Shown in pieces: positions 34,528-46,398 of a stretch of DNA of 64,000 bases. Positions within the stretch are counted from its first letter, which is position 1. Each line of letters opens with the position of its first letter. The stretch spans positions 5,394,001 through 5,458,000 of the forward strand of contig OX337228.1 in NCBI GenBank assembly GCA_946965045.2. Direction: 5' to 3'. The notes under the pieces were generated by a model. It was given only the letters and a program-made list of their open reading frames with translations. It did no database searches and had not been told where the DNA came from. The position numbers and the translations under genes were made by a program. The DNA comes from Epithemia pelagica (taxonomy: Eukaryota > Protista > Bacillariophyta).

Positions 34528-35631
34528 TCAGCCATCATTTGAACACAGAATTGCCGAAAGAATCTGTTCTTCTGCAAGAAGAAGCTTTTCGTAGGGCATT
34601 TGACACTTTCCGTAATCATCCGAGGTGGGAAAATCCGGAGGAAATGACGATTCATCAACGGTTGTAGCTTTGGGTTTTCCCTTGGAACGCAATGTAGCAT
34701 CGTCCTCTTTTTGTTCCATTTCACGAAGTATTTGTTCACGTTCTGCTGCTCGACGAAGAGTGTACTCCTGCACAGACTCGTGGTCCTTCTGGGCAGAGTC
34801 CTGCCGGCGCAGAAAATTCATTCTGTCTTCTTCCTCTTCAGCAGCTCTCTTTCGCTCCTCGTCTTCTTTCCGAGATCCAACGTAGCTAGCTCTCATTTCC
34901 TCAGAGTTCAGATAGGCATCGACGCAAGGGGTACAGCTTGATCTGGAGAGGAATGTCACTAACGCAGCATTCGCTTTCTTCCCAATGAGTTCCACATTCT
35001 CAACAGCCCCAAACTTTTCCATAATTTTGGCAATGTCATGTTCAGACGGACTTATCTTCATCCGCTTACGACTCCATTTGAGGCGAATCTGGCGATCCTC
35101 CATGATTTCTGATGATTGATGGAGAGGAACATCATTCTTTTTTGCATTCTGTTCACGTCCAGCAAAAGTTTCTCGCATTTCTTTGCCCTGCTTTCTAAGC
35201 TCTTCAACCTTGGAACGACTTTGATGTTTATTTGTAAAAACTGATGTTTGAGACTCGTGACCGCTCCTAGCCGATTGTTCTTGACGGGCAAGCTCATCTC
35301 TGAGCCGCCGTCGTTTGGCCGACATCTGCTCTTCCCGAGCTCGATCAGCGGCCTTTCGTGCTTCCATAGAAGCCTTTTTAGCATCATATTTCCGTCGTTT
35401 GTCGAAATCTAACAAAAAATCTCGCGCCTCCTGAATTTCCTGAAACTTTTGGGCAATACGTTCGAGCTCAAGTTTGGACGAACGGTCATCTTTCTGCTTG
35501 TCAGGATGGTACTTGAGGGCCAACTTCCTGTAGGCTTTCGTGATTTCCACATCTGAACTGGAAAAGGGTATTCCGAGCACTTCGTATGGGTCTTTTCCGG
35601 GCTCGTCCGTCTTCTTTTCCGCCGGCGCCAT
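34528..35631 (-). CDS. DNAJC17: DnaJ protein with RRM (DNAJC17/Cwc23-like)
   Basis: DPYEVLG..YRKLALKYHPDK J-domain, then coiled coil, then IRLKW..KFGAVENV..ALVTF RRM. Confidence 0.8.
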   Translation of the reverse strand: MAPAEKKTDEPGKDPYEVLGIPFSSSDVEITKAYRKLALKYHPDKQKDDRSSKLELERIAQKFQEIQEARDFLLDFDKRRKYDAKKASMEARKAADRAREEQMSAKRRRLRDELARQEQSARSGHESQTSVFTNKHQSRSKVEELRKQGKEMRETFAGREQNAKKNDVPLHQSSEIMEDRQIRLKWSRKRMKISPSEHDIAKIMEKFGAVENVELIGKKANAALVTFLSRSSCTPCVDAYLNSEEMRASYVGSRKEDEERKRAAEEEEDRMNFLRRQDSAQKDHESVQEYTLRRAAEREQILREMEQKEDDATLRSKGKPKATTVDESSFPPDFPTSDDYGKCQMPYEKLLLAEEQILSAILCSNDG

Positions 35632-35932
35632 GGTCGCCCTGTATCCTGTATGCACTTCATTTAGTTAGACTGATTTCTGATTATCGGTCAGAGAGTACTC
35701 CAAGCTCTAGCTACTCCTACTCGTAGCTCTCTGGTAGCTACAGAGCTGTAGGGTGTACGATAGGGCCAATGATACTGGGCCGCCGAACGTAGCGCGATGG
35801 TGATGTATGAAGTGCTTGTCGAATAGGAGTAGAAAAGTTATTTCTATAATGAAAATGAAGAGATGGAAGGGGTAGTTGTCCAGCCCAGAAAAAGAGCAGA
35901 AGAACTGCTTAGTTCGCTTCCTCGGTCAAAAT

Positions 35933-36751
35933 TTACTTGTGACGGCGACAGTGATGAAAGTCGATCCCACCACAGAGTGTAGCTGACGCAATGACAATAA
36001 GAAAAACAACAGCGACGCCCAAACCTATGTAACAGCGCATTTTACGCCAGTACATGGCTCGCCTCAACGAGCGACTGGATGACTCGAATCGAAATGCTTG
36101 TTGGTTAAGACGATCCGTCTTATCCACCAACAGCTCGATTTTCTCCCCGCGTTCGAGAACCTTTTCAATATTCTGAACCATGACACCCTTAACTTCATCA
36201 ATTTGGCTTTTAACAGCACCAATGTTGTCGATGGTTCTGTCGGCCTCGTCTGAGTTGAAGAATTCCATGCGATCTTGAATCACTTTACTGAATTCTTCGT
36301 TGTAGGCAAAGGCAATGGCTTGAAGTGGTTCCTGTCTACCGTACATTGCCGTAAATCTCTCTTTCATGTCCTGCAAAAAGGCATAGGGGATGCGGTGTTT
36401 GTTCAATTCATCTGACATGCAAAGGAAACAGAGACCTTCCTCTACAGCATAGTGAAACATGTAACTATCGTACACATAAGACATTCGCCCATCCTGATTC
36501 GGGATTTTGGAGAGCAAAACACGGGTCACTGTTGGGAAGTTCCCTGTGGCTTCGTGAAAAAGAAGAGGAAAGAGACACCACACGGTAAGTTGACACGATC
36601 ATATTCGGATTGAGATTTTCTTCAGCAGATGATCCAGAAGAGACTCCATTATCCAGAAATGATGCAACAATTTTTGGTCCGTACCTGATGTTGCCGTGTA
36701 TTCAGCGAGAACAGTCTTTCCGACAGAAACTAAAGCGTATACAATTGTCAT
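35933..36751 (-). CDS. VAMP7: Longin R-SNARE (VAMP7-type); exons 36751-36685 and 36543-35933
   Basis: IVYALVSVGKTVLAEY, longin domain, VKSQIDEVKGVMVQNIEKVLERGEKIELLVDKT and a C-terminal TM. Confidence 0.93.
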
Positions 36752-37068
36752 CGTCGAGGTTAATTTGGTGTGATTTGTTTTGCGCTTGCCGGTTATACAA
36801 CTTTGGTGGAACGTGGAACACCTGGGCTTTTCCAGCAGGAACAGAACAAAGTCGAACTGATCGCCGTCTTCTTGGGTGCATGGCACGGGGAGTGGGGCGG
36901 GTCGTGCTTTTGGTGGTCGCAGTCCCGTGAAGCGTCATGTCACAAGTTGTGCTACCCAACCTAGCAATACTTTTTCGTTTGTGCCGTTCTTATTAGCGCA
37001 CCTACTCCATCCATGCTCTTGGTTTCCATAAAATAAGAGACTTCAGTGGACAAAAGAATACTTAAAAA

Positions 37069-37773
37069 CTATTTAGTGAAAGCAAGATAGTCGGAGAAGG
37101 CTTTGTCAAGTTTGTCCAACTTTCCTTGCATGATTTCGAGTCGACGAGGACTCCGCGGCACACCGTCCTTTTGGTTATTGGCAATTTCAAGCTCGGTAAT
37201 ATCTTGCATAATTGTCCGAATCAATCGATCCGTACCTCTTTGGCTATCTTCGTCCAAGGCAAGGTTGATGACATTCAAGTCGTCTCGAAGGGCCGCAAAG
37301 TCAAGTTTTTTGACAATGAAGGGCTTCACATTGAGCTGAGAGTCGGCGGTCAATCCATCCTGGATTTCTTTCACAGCCGCCTGGTATCCCAAGACTTTGG
37401 ATATTGCTTTTTGCACAGGTTCCGACGCAAGAACCTCAGGATCGATTTCGGCTTCCGATGCATCCACGACAAGAGGAGAACCAGCACCGAATGAACCATA
37501 TTTCGCCGCAGATGCTGACATGGGTTGAGCCACTAGTGAACCAATCAACATTGCGGACTGTCCAAGAAAGTTCTGACGAGAGCATTCTGCCATGAGGGCA
37601 CTGCTTAAAACAGAGGAGTCGCCTGGAAAAGGAGTGTTAGAGAGGGTGTCAAGAAAAATACCATATATAGAAGCTCAACAACGTGCAATCCGACACTACT
37701 CACAAGTCAAAGGCGCTGGGGTAAACGCTGACGAGACCGCCAAGGTTGATGCGAATAGAGCGAAGGATTTCAT
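37069..37773 (-). CDS. Probable thylakoid-lumen protein (helical, possibly PsbQ-like); exons 37773-37704 and 37622-37069
   Basis: Signal peptide ending SSA-FTP, then a transit region, then a second signal (SRQNFL..hydrophobic..ASA). The in-frame GTGAGT..CAG intron was checked. Confidence 0.7.
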
Positions 37774-38420
37774 CTTGATGGAAACGTTTTAGTTGGATAT
37801 GTCTGTCAAATCCCTCTTTTCTCTTTTCAAATGATCGGAGCAAGTCACCCCGATTGCACAATGCATAGTCTGACGCAAGTTGTGACCAAGATTTTGCTAA
37901 TGTATGCGTCGTGGCGTGCCATAGTCAGTCAAAATGAACCGTCCGTTGTCCGTTGACTGCTTCCGAACACGCACGACCGCACGACCCACTGACCACAGAT
38001 GGATGTTGACACCAAAATCTGAATTGCACCCTGCTCTGTATGTCACATGTCTGAGAGATGGAGTTGCTGCTGACCTTCTCGTCTCCAAAGGTATATACCA
38101 TCAGTTGCGTTTCCACGTTTTACATTATAGCCGATCATTGGACAAGTGAACGTTTTCAAATGGACACATCTTCAGAAGAATGAAAGTTGATCCATGCGTT
38201 GCGCTCCAACCGTTGCGCGTCGTTGAGATCGCAAGATTTCGTGGACTCTCCACAAATTGCAACCGGTCCTATCCCATATCCAATATTCTCCTCTGTTTTT
38301 CGAAAAATGATCATGCTGTGGTTAAAATGGAGTCGTTCACAATTTTGGTTTTCTGCATGAGCCAAGTCAACCATTTCTTGTTCAACCAAATTTCATCTTT
38401 CGTCAAGAAGCAAAATCATC

Positions 38421-39510
38421 ATGATGTTTGCTCATGTTACCCCGATTCTCGTTCTTGGTCTCGCTTTTCCTTCGACGGTGGATGCTCGGCTCAACCTTCT
38501 ACGGATTGCCCACTGGCAGAACCACCAGTTTCATAAACAAGAGAATCAGATCAGTCAAGAGGAACTTCACGCCGCCGGTCGCAGTCTCTCTTCAATTGCA
38601 ACGAAGCTTCAGATGGGATTGAACAATCGACTGGATCTGCGTCATTCTCGGGACTTCGATGACGACAGTTACTACAACATGGAAATGGAGGAAAGTGGGT
38701 ACATGAACAACAAGGATGATGCTCAACGAGAATTGGAACACCATGATGTCCACAGGTAGGTCCTCTATAAAACCATTTCTGGGCTCTGTTTCCCATTCTT
38801 CTCATTTTTTCTCATCTGGTTACAGAGCTTACCGACAGCTTTTCGGCGTTCCATTAGCTGCTTCAGCATCCATGAGCCTCAGTTTTCCTGTTGATTTTGA
38901 GTACTCGCTTAGCTACTCAACGGGCGTGCCCTCAGAGACCCCTTCTAAATATCCCTCTGATGCTCCAGACATCTTTGACGAGTTTCCGGACTTGACAGGC
39001 GATTTGAGCTTCAGTTTCCACTCTGATGGTTCCGGGGATGGACCACCTACAGAGTTGCCAAGTGTATGGGCACCTTCTCTCGCTCCAACGGCATCGCTTA
39101 CAAATGTACCCGTTCCATCGCCCAGCTTGCCCACTGTCCAACCTCTAACACCAATGCCGTCAAAGATTTTTCCTGCACAGCAAGGCTGGCCGTCTCCTTC
39201 TACGAACGATGGAAATGGTGGAGGGGGGAATGGTCCATCTCCCATTGAGGAGTCAAGCATCTCACCAACGCGCGGCTCCGATCCTCAGTCGGTGGCCGGG
39301 GCCAACGAAGAAGAACCGGCCTCAGACAAGAATGACGGTGAAGATAAGGCGAAAGTGACCATGATTGCAGTCCTTGTTGGAGCCGCTGTTGCGGTGGGAG
39401 CTGCTGTTGCTGTCCGTAAATGGTATCAAGGGCGACAAGGTTCCTTTGCACCGGGCCAAGATGCGCAACCATTGAATCCCAACACACCATCATCTGCCGA
39501 CATGGCTTAG
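38421..39510 (+). CDS. Type I membrane protein with Pro/Ser/Thr-rich ectodomain; exons 38421-38755 and 38826-39510
   Basis: Signal peptide, PST-rich region and TM (VTMIAVLVGAAVAVGAAVAV) followed by RK. Confidence 0.75.
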
Positions 39511-39629
39511 AATGGCCTATTTGATTTGATTTCCTTATTTTCTACTAATTCGTCATCAGTGAACTTGCATTTGTAAATCGTTTTTGACTATTAGACTCCC
39601 TCGTACCATCACGAAATAAATCTGAGGAA

Positions 39630-41297
39630 TTAGGCAGCAAAATCTACGTTATATTCACCGACAAACGTCATTTCACTTTCATCAAAGCCCACGGTAGGGA
39701 AAGAGCACGCAAATTTGCTCACGTCAGCCCGAAGCTGGACGAGTTCAGGGTCCACTGACGGTCCTACAGCACACAGTTCCCGGAATCCCTTGAGTTTCTT
39801 TCCCTGTTCCGTCGCCTTCAATTTCTGGGCAATCTTTACAGCTCGATCAAAGAAGTGGGCCACTTGGGCAAAGTCTTCCTCAACAAAGCCCCTCGACGTA
39901 AGAGCTGGAGTTCCCATACGTATGCCACCAGGCATTAAAGCGGAAGTATCACCAGGAACAGTGTTTTTGTTGCATGCAATGCAAGCCAGCTCCAAAATGC
40001 GCTCAACTCGGGCACCATCAATATCCTTTGATGATTTGACATCAATGAGGACCAAGTGGTTGTCTGTACCACCGCTTACCATACTGTAGCCAAGCTTGTT
40101 GAGTTCTTCTGCGAGTCTGCTGCAGTTCTTAAGAACTTGACTTTGATACTCAACGAATTCAGGTGTGTTAGCCTGTTTCAGACAGGTTGCCAACGCCCCA
40201 ATGGTGTGATTGTGAGGTCCACCCTGCAGACCAGGGAAAACAGCAAAATTGATTTTGTCTTCCATATCGTACATGATCGGGTTTCCTTTCTTATCGGTTC
40301 CCTTCTGGCCCTTACGGTAGAAGATCATGGCACCACGGGGACCACGCAAACTCTTGTGCGTTGTCGTTGTGACAATATCGGCGAAAGGAAAGCAAGATGG
40401 GATAACTTCCGCGGCAATAAGTCCCGAAATGTGTGCCATGTCCGACATGACGTAGGCACCGACATTGTCGGCAATCTTTCGAATGCGTTCGTAGTCAATG
40501 AGACGGGAATAGGCAGATGCACCTGCTACGATCAACTTGGGACGGAAAAGCTCTGCGCTCTTCTCCATTTGATCATAGTCAATTTCGCCAGTGGTAGGAT
40601 CAAGGCGATATGGCATAGACTCAAAGTAACGCGAAACCATGGATATTTTCTTAGACGCCGTCTGGTATCCATGCGAAAGGTGACCGCCATGGGGAAGATC
40701 AAGGGAAAGAATGCGATCGTGCGTTTCCAGCAAAGCTGTGTAAACCTATAAACGACACGATGTAGAAAAGGTGAGAAACGGGGTACATATTTCAAGTGTC
40801 GGTCCGTCGAGTCGCATCAACAGATGGACCAAGGAACATGTTACGTTCAACCCAAGGTAGAGGACAAAGTCAACATTCATAACAAACAAAATACTCACTT
40901 GGAAGTTCGCGGGAGATCCTGACAGGGACTGTACGTTCACACCCCATTCATCAGGGTCCAAATGAAATGTTTCAAGGGCACGCTTCTGACATAGCATTTC
41001 GACTTGATCGATATTTTCATTGCCTCCATAGTAGCGAGCTCCTGGATATCCTTCACTGTACTTGTTGGACAAGACAGATCCAAGGGCATCCAATACAGCT
41101 TTGGAAGTGAAGTTTTCACTCGCAATCAGGACGAGAGAATTTCTTTGACGGGCCTTCTCCTGTTCAATCAATGTGTTCAGTTCAGGATCGACTTCGGTAA
41201 GTGGCTTGTTCAAGTTCGCTCCAGCCGAAGACGACGAGAAGCTACGAACTGCCCACCGTCGGGCAGAATGAATCAAGGGAAGACGGAAGGCCAACAT
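39630..41297 (-). CDS. SHMT: Serine hydroxymethyltransferase, mitochondrial; exons 41297-40899 and 40745-39630
   Basis: [46 protein letters not shown] and [11 protein letters not shown]; Arg/Ser-rich presequence. Confidence 0.97.
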
Positions 41298-41875
41298 TGC
41301 GTTCGTTCGTATTGTATCTGATTGTGATGGATGTCAAAGGGATGCGGTTATGCAACAAGGAGTAACGAAAGACGGAGACAGCTTTGGGATTGCGGATAGC
41401 GGGATATCCATAGAATCCATATCGCCCCTACACCTCATCACAACTTTGTGTCCCTTCTTCTTCTTCGCGGCATGACGTGTTGGTGACTGTATGACGTCAT
41501 CATACAGATTTGGCTCAGTCCCGAGAAATGATATCAGACGCCCCTTCCTCATGCCCCCTCTTAGCGGGGGGGGGGGGGTGTTTTAAACATTCCTATGGGT
41601 CCACCTACCTACCTACCGGCCGGCATATCTCATTGTAACAACGCGACAATCAAACACTATGTTGTTGCTGGTGACCTCCTACAACCACCCATCATGATCT
41701 GGCCATGGAATGTTTCATACATTACGTACATCTTGTACTGAACCTACTTAGGTGTACATGGAGCAGTATACCCAGCCCTTAGTGCTTGGACCTTTGCGTT
41801 TGTCCAGAGGATGGAAGATGGAAGACAAGAATAAACTCAACAAGAATGAGTGATTCCAGAAAGCAACGTACTTTT

Positions 41876-44800
41876 TCATGCTTTGTGCTCCTCCTGTTCG
41901 GTATCCTTTCCATCATCATATGCGACAGGATTGATTGGTACCGCCAGATCCTCTTCGTCAATATCTGGGCGTTCAAGAAATTGGGCAATGTCACTTGTAA
42001 TGTTCTTTTGCAGAAACAGAAAATCAATGTAGCTATAACCAGCGACAGCGTTTGCTGCAAGCCAACCTCCGACAATACTGGCCGACAATGACCCATTTAC
42101 AGTTAGATCGGAGCCACCCAGGTACAATCCTGGGTATGGAGTGTCAGCTCTTACACCCTTGGCTGCGTATCGTTCGGGATTTTGCATCAGTGCACGATCG
42201 AGGGTGTTAGAGATCTCGGCATGAATTATTTTCCCCTCCAACTGTGGATATAAATCAATCACGTCTCGTCTGACTCTGTCAAGCAAACGATCAAAGTAGA
42301 TCTTTCGACCTTGAGCCGACTGTTTTGCAACATATAGTTTCGGTTTGCTCTCGAAGCATCTAACAATATCGTCATCTGCTTCAATTGTTACCACACATGT
42401 TGACACTTTGCCATGACGTTCTTCGAAGGAAGGGTCTTTGGCAGACGGAAAAGAAATGCTCATCCAAGACTTTCCATTTTCAAATTGAACAGGTCGTTTT
42501 CCTTTCGTTCTGGCCTCGTCGCTGCTCGTTGTGTTCGAGTTTGTGTCTTCTTGTGCGTTAATTGCATCATCAAGATTTTCTGCTGGCGTGGCATCGTCGG
42601 ACCATCCAATGTCCCCGTACGTAACCTGCCCAGTCTGCTGGTCCATTTGGTCCAACGCTCTGGCAGCATTTGGCAAGCGATAATAATCTGCCCCGGTAAT
42701 TTGAAGATCTTGCGACGTTCCGTCCAGGAGGAAGAGTGCTTTGAGGTATGGTCTGCGTTCCGACAAAGCTGGAAGACCCAGCGGAACTTTATGCCGGGAA
42801 CGGATTTCATCTGGCAAAATCCGAATAAAAGTGTCAATCAATCCAGTCATGGAGATGACAACAGGCTTATCCCCTTTCTTGTTGATCATATCATCGGAAA
42901 ACCGAAGGGATCGCCCATCATCAAGCTTCACGCCCACGCACTGAGGACCAGGAGTTGTCTCATTTTTTCCCTCTCCGCCGACGGTCGTTTGAGGTTCTCT
43001 TGTATTTGAAGTTTGAGGCGAATCTAAAAACAAGAGTTCTTTTACTCGAGCGCCTGTCACAACTTGCCCACCGTTGCGTTCAATTGTATTGGCTAGAGCA
43101 TGACAAAGAGCTCTTGGTCCACCAACGGGATAGTATACTCCTTCACCACTAATGACAGAGCTCAGATGCGTGATATGTGCTGCCAAACTGGCATTTTTTG
43201 GTCGAATGTTCTCCACCCGCATGCCAAGAGCAGCCATCAATGAGCGTGCTTGCGAGTTCAAAGGAAAACTCTGATTTAACAAGCTAGCAGCGTATCGAGT
43301 TGAGCATTCGCCGTAGGGAGACTTGCCCCTCGCGTTGTTTACGGTATCAGCAATTATCTTTGACGCATAGAAGAGACTGGACGATGTATTGATCTGCTCG
43401 CATGCGTTCAAGTAGGTGCCGGTGACTGAGTTTCCTGTTGTGCCATCAGAGTTTGGCCAACCATCTCCTAGATGTGATGCAGCTTCTTCCATCAGGTGTT
43501 CTTTTGTGTTATCCGCAGTTAGGATGGTTTTGAAGGTTCCACCTGATGGCCCAATCCCTGGGATTTCAAGAATTTCAAAAGCATGATTATCAGCTGTAGA
43601 TCCAACTCTAGCAAATCGAACTCCACCCTGACAGTCTGTCCGAGTGCAAAGTGCCGGAACCAGGAAGTTAAGTTGTTGGGAGAACTTTGACAGGTTTGCG
43701 TTGTGAATATCAAACGGCACATTTTTGTACATGGATGGAATCTTTTTGTTTTCCGTCATCGTAATGCAGCCACTGGCGTCCTCATTTGGTGACAGCAAGA
43801 GAATACGTCTCCCTGCTCTTGTAAGCAGCGCTCCAGTAAACAGGGCAGGCGCTCCTGATCCCAAAATGATTGTATCATATTCGATCAAGTTTTCCCCGAC
43901 AGTATTCAATTGCTTTCCAACAGTCTCTGCCAGTATCTTGTGCTTCTCTTGTGTCGTTTGGCATGCTTCGTAATAACTTTCAACCGCTGGAATGGGCCTT
44001 TTCATCTTTCCTATAGGCGCCCTTTTGCGTCTTGCTACAAGCCCCTGTATAGTTCCAACAATCAGAACCAGTGCCCACGGTTGAAGACCCACGAGAAAGA
44101 AAACAGCAGACAAGACCATAATCTCCCATCGCAATCTTCCGCGTTGCATCATGAAGAGAATAACAACCGCAGTCGACTTTGGAATAGGCGGGTCTGACTT
44201 TCTGAATGGGGAAAAGAACCCTGTTTCATACTTGCGCTGGATCAACCGAATCGCCTCTTCAACTTGTGGATTGTCCTTGATGAAAGGACGAAAAACACCA
44301 TATTTTTCTTCCATAAGCCGCTCAAACTTAGCTGCATTAGCTTGAGTTTTCCATCCACTTTCCTTCGAAAAGAAATGTCTTGAAGTTTCTTTAAATACGA
44401 ACTTCATTTCATCAATGGCGAACTCAGAATGAAACAAGGGCTTGTTGGGTGGTCGTATCGCGTCTAGGTCAACCTGTGGGGGGCTAACAGAGCTTCCATC
44501 AATTTCAATTTCTACTTCTCCTTCAACCGATTCATCGTTGGCCGTAGTCTTATTCTCACCCACTGATTGGCTAAGCTCTTGGAGTGCATCTTCGTACAGA
44601 AGTACTTCGTCCGCGTAGTGTTCGAGCACTGCATTTGCCACTTCTGTAAGCCGAGGGGCAAAGCATAAGGAGACAATATCAGGCGACAACTGACCGACAA
44701 CAACTTCTGGAGAAATATGCTTTGGTTTGCCCTGTGCCCCAGCTTTGATCCAGTGTCTGGATGCAGAAGGCTTTTTACCAATCCTCATTGTCGAACGATT

Positions 44801-44902
44801 GATCAAGATTGAATCATCTGCGTCCATCGTAATCGCATCCAGAGGATGGACTTCCACGTGGAAAAGAATCAGGAAATTTAAAGCGACCCATAAATGACTC
44901 AA
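41876..44902 (-). CDS. FAD-dependent oxidoreductase (RetSat/phytoene desaturase-like) with a ~330-aa N-terminal membrane-containing extension
   Basis: YDTIILGSG..ALLTRAGRRILLL, YYPVGG..L...IERNGGQV and TPYPGLYLGG; exact start uncertain. Confidence 0.72.
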   Translation of the reverse strand: MSHLWVALNFLILFHVEVHPLDAITMDADDSILINRSTMRIGKKPSASRHWIKAGAQGKPKHISPEVVVGQLSPDIVSLCFAPRLTEVANAVLEHYADEVLLYEDALQELSQSVGENKTTANDESVEGEVEIEIDGSSVSPPQVDLDAIRPPNKPLFHSEFAIDEMKFVFKETSRHFFSKESGWKTQANAAKFERLMEEKYGVFRPFIKDNPQVEEAIRLIQRKYETGFFSPFRKSDPPIPKSTAVVILFMMQRGRLRWEIMVLSAVFFLVGLQPWALVLIVGTIQGLVARRKRAPIGKMKRPIPAVESYYEACQTTQEKHKILAETVGKQLNTVGENLIEYDTIILGSGAPALFTGALLTRAGRRILLLSPNEDASGCITMTENKKIPSMYKNVPFDIHNANLSKFSQQLNFLVPALCTRTDCQGGVRFARVGSTADNHAFEILEIPGIGPSGGTFKTILTADNTKEHLMEEAASHLGDGWPNSDGTTGNSVTGTYLNACEQINTSSSLFYASKIIADTVNNARGKSPYGECSTRYAASLLNQSFPLNSQARSLMAALGMRVENIRPKNASLAAHITHLSSVISGEGVYYPVGGPRALCHALANTIERNGGQVVTGARVKELLFLDSPQTSNTREPQTTVGGEGKNETTPGPQCVGVKLDDGRSLRFSDDMINKKGDKPVVISMTGLIDTFIRILPDEIRSRHKVPLGLPALSERRPYLKALFLLDGTSQDLQITGADYYRLPNAARALDQMDQQTGQVTYGDIGWSDDATPAENLDDAINAQEDTNSNTTSSDEARTKGKRPVQFENGKSWMSISFPSAKDPSFEERHGKVSTCVVTIEADDDIVRCFESKPKLYVAKQSAQGRKIYFDRLLDRVRRDVIDLYPQLEGKIIHAEISNTLDRALMQNPERYAAKGVRADTPYPGLYLGGSDLTVNGSLSASIVGGWLAANAVAGYSYIDFLFLQKNITSDIAQFLERPDIDEEDLAVPINPVAYDDGKDTEQEEHKA

Positions 44903-45110
44903 ATGCTTTGTCGAGGGTGGGGCGCATGGTGCGTCAGTGCGTGAGACGGGGGGAATCTTTCACCCTCTTGTCATGAACACGAAGTGTTTTCTAACACGTA
45001 CGTGAATCAAGTGCAGTGACACCCAACATTTGCCTCTGTCGTTCTCGTTAACTCGTATTGGCAGTCGGTAGGATTTCGGTGAAGGACACCATTACGGACG
45101 TGTACCAACA

Positions 45111-46398
45111 ATGATGAAACGAATCTTGGTTGTGTTGGCCGTCGCCTTCAGTGTGTCGGCAACTTCGGCCTTTGCCCTTAAACCAGTAGGCCGAGGGCTG
45201 AAGAAGGCCGGCCCTGGAAAAATCGCTGCTCCGAAGTGCGTACCAAACCCTGTCTTCTGTGATCCTAAAGACACACACTGTCTTTTTTAGTTCGCTCTGA
45301 AGTCTTGATCGTCGCTGCTGTAGAATGAACTTTGAAGTATTCTCACCATAGCATTTTGGTATTACTTTTTTTGACAGGCTCGCGATATCTAAAGCTTCGG
45401 ACAAGAAAGCCGTGCGCCTTGCTGCCTCCACCGCCGCAGACTCCCCGAAAGAGGGAAAGGGTGCCTTCGAAACTATTCAAGTTGGTATTTACTTTGCTCT
45501 TTGGTACCTTTTCAACATTGCTTACAATATTTACAATAAGCAGGCGCTCAACCTTATCGATTATCCATGGACGATTGCCACTATCCAGATGGCTACAGGC
45601 ATTCTGTATTTCGCTCCCCTCTGGCTTTTTGGTATCCGCAAGGCTCCCAAATTGAGCATGTCTGAGCTCGGAACCTTGTTTCCTATTGCTTTGTGCCATA
45701 CCGGTGTGCACGTCGGGGCCGTCATCGCCCTTGGAGCTGGCGCTGTTTCCTTCGCACACATTGTGAAGGCCTCTGAACCTGTTGTCACGTGCGCCTTGAA
45801 CGCTATCCTTTTGGGGCAAATCCTCCCTGTCAGCGTGTACATGACTTTGATTCCCATCATCGCAGGTGTCGGTCTTGCGTCGCTGAAGGAGCTTTCCTTC
45901 TCGGTGCTGGCCTTGGCAGCTGCCATGCTTTCCAACGTTTCTTCGGCTGCCCGGGGTGTCCTCTCAAAGAAGACAATGTCTGGCAAGCAGATCGGTGAGA
46001 ACTTGGACGCTCAAAATTTGTATGCCGTCCTAACAGCAATCTCCACATTGGTTCTTATTCCTGTGACATTCGCGCTCGAGGGAACTAGTTTCTTCTCGGC
46101 CTTCAAGTCCGTTGTTGCCAAGGGTGACTTCACCAACAAGTCGCTTTCCTTGCTTCTCTTTTTGGGTGGTGCTTCGTACTATGCGTATAACGAAGTTGCT
46201 TTCCTTGCGTTGGGCAAGGTGAACCCTGTGACTCACGCTGTCGGTAACACTATCAAGCGAGTTGTCATTATTGTTGCCTCCGTCATTGCGTTCAAGGTTC
46301 CGATGAGCACAGGAAGTGTGATTGGTTCTTCCATCGCTATTGCTGGGACCCTTATGTATTCGCTTGCGATGAATGCTGCCAAATCCAAGAAGGCCTAG
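45111..46398 (+). CDS. TPT: Plastid triose-phosphate/phosphate translocator; exons 45111-45235 and 45378-46398
   Basis: Signal peptide ending TSA-FAL, then WYLFNIAYNIYNKQ, VSFAHIVKASEP, YNEVAF and VTHAVGNTIKRV. Confidence 0.92.

Noticed and set aside
41564-41580. Poly-G run here and poly-C run near 32017-32026
   Set aside because: Simple homopolymers with no further structure, and their length is error-prone.
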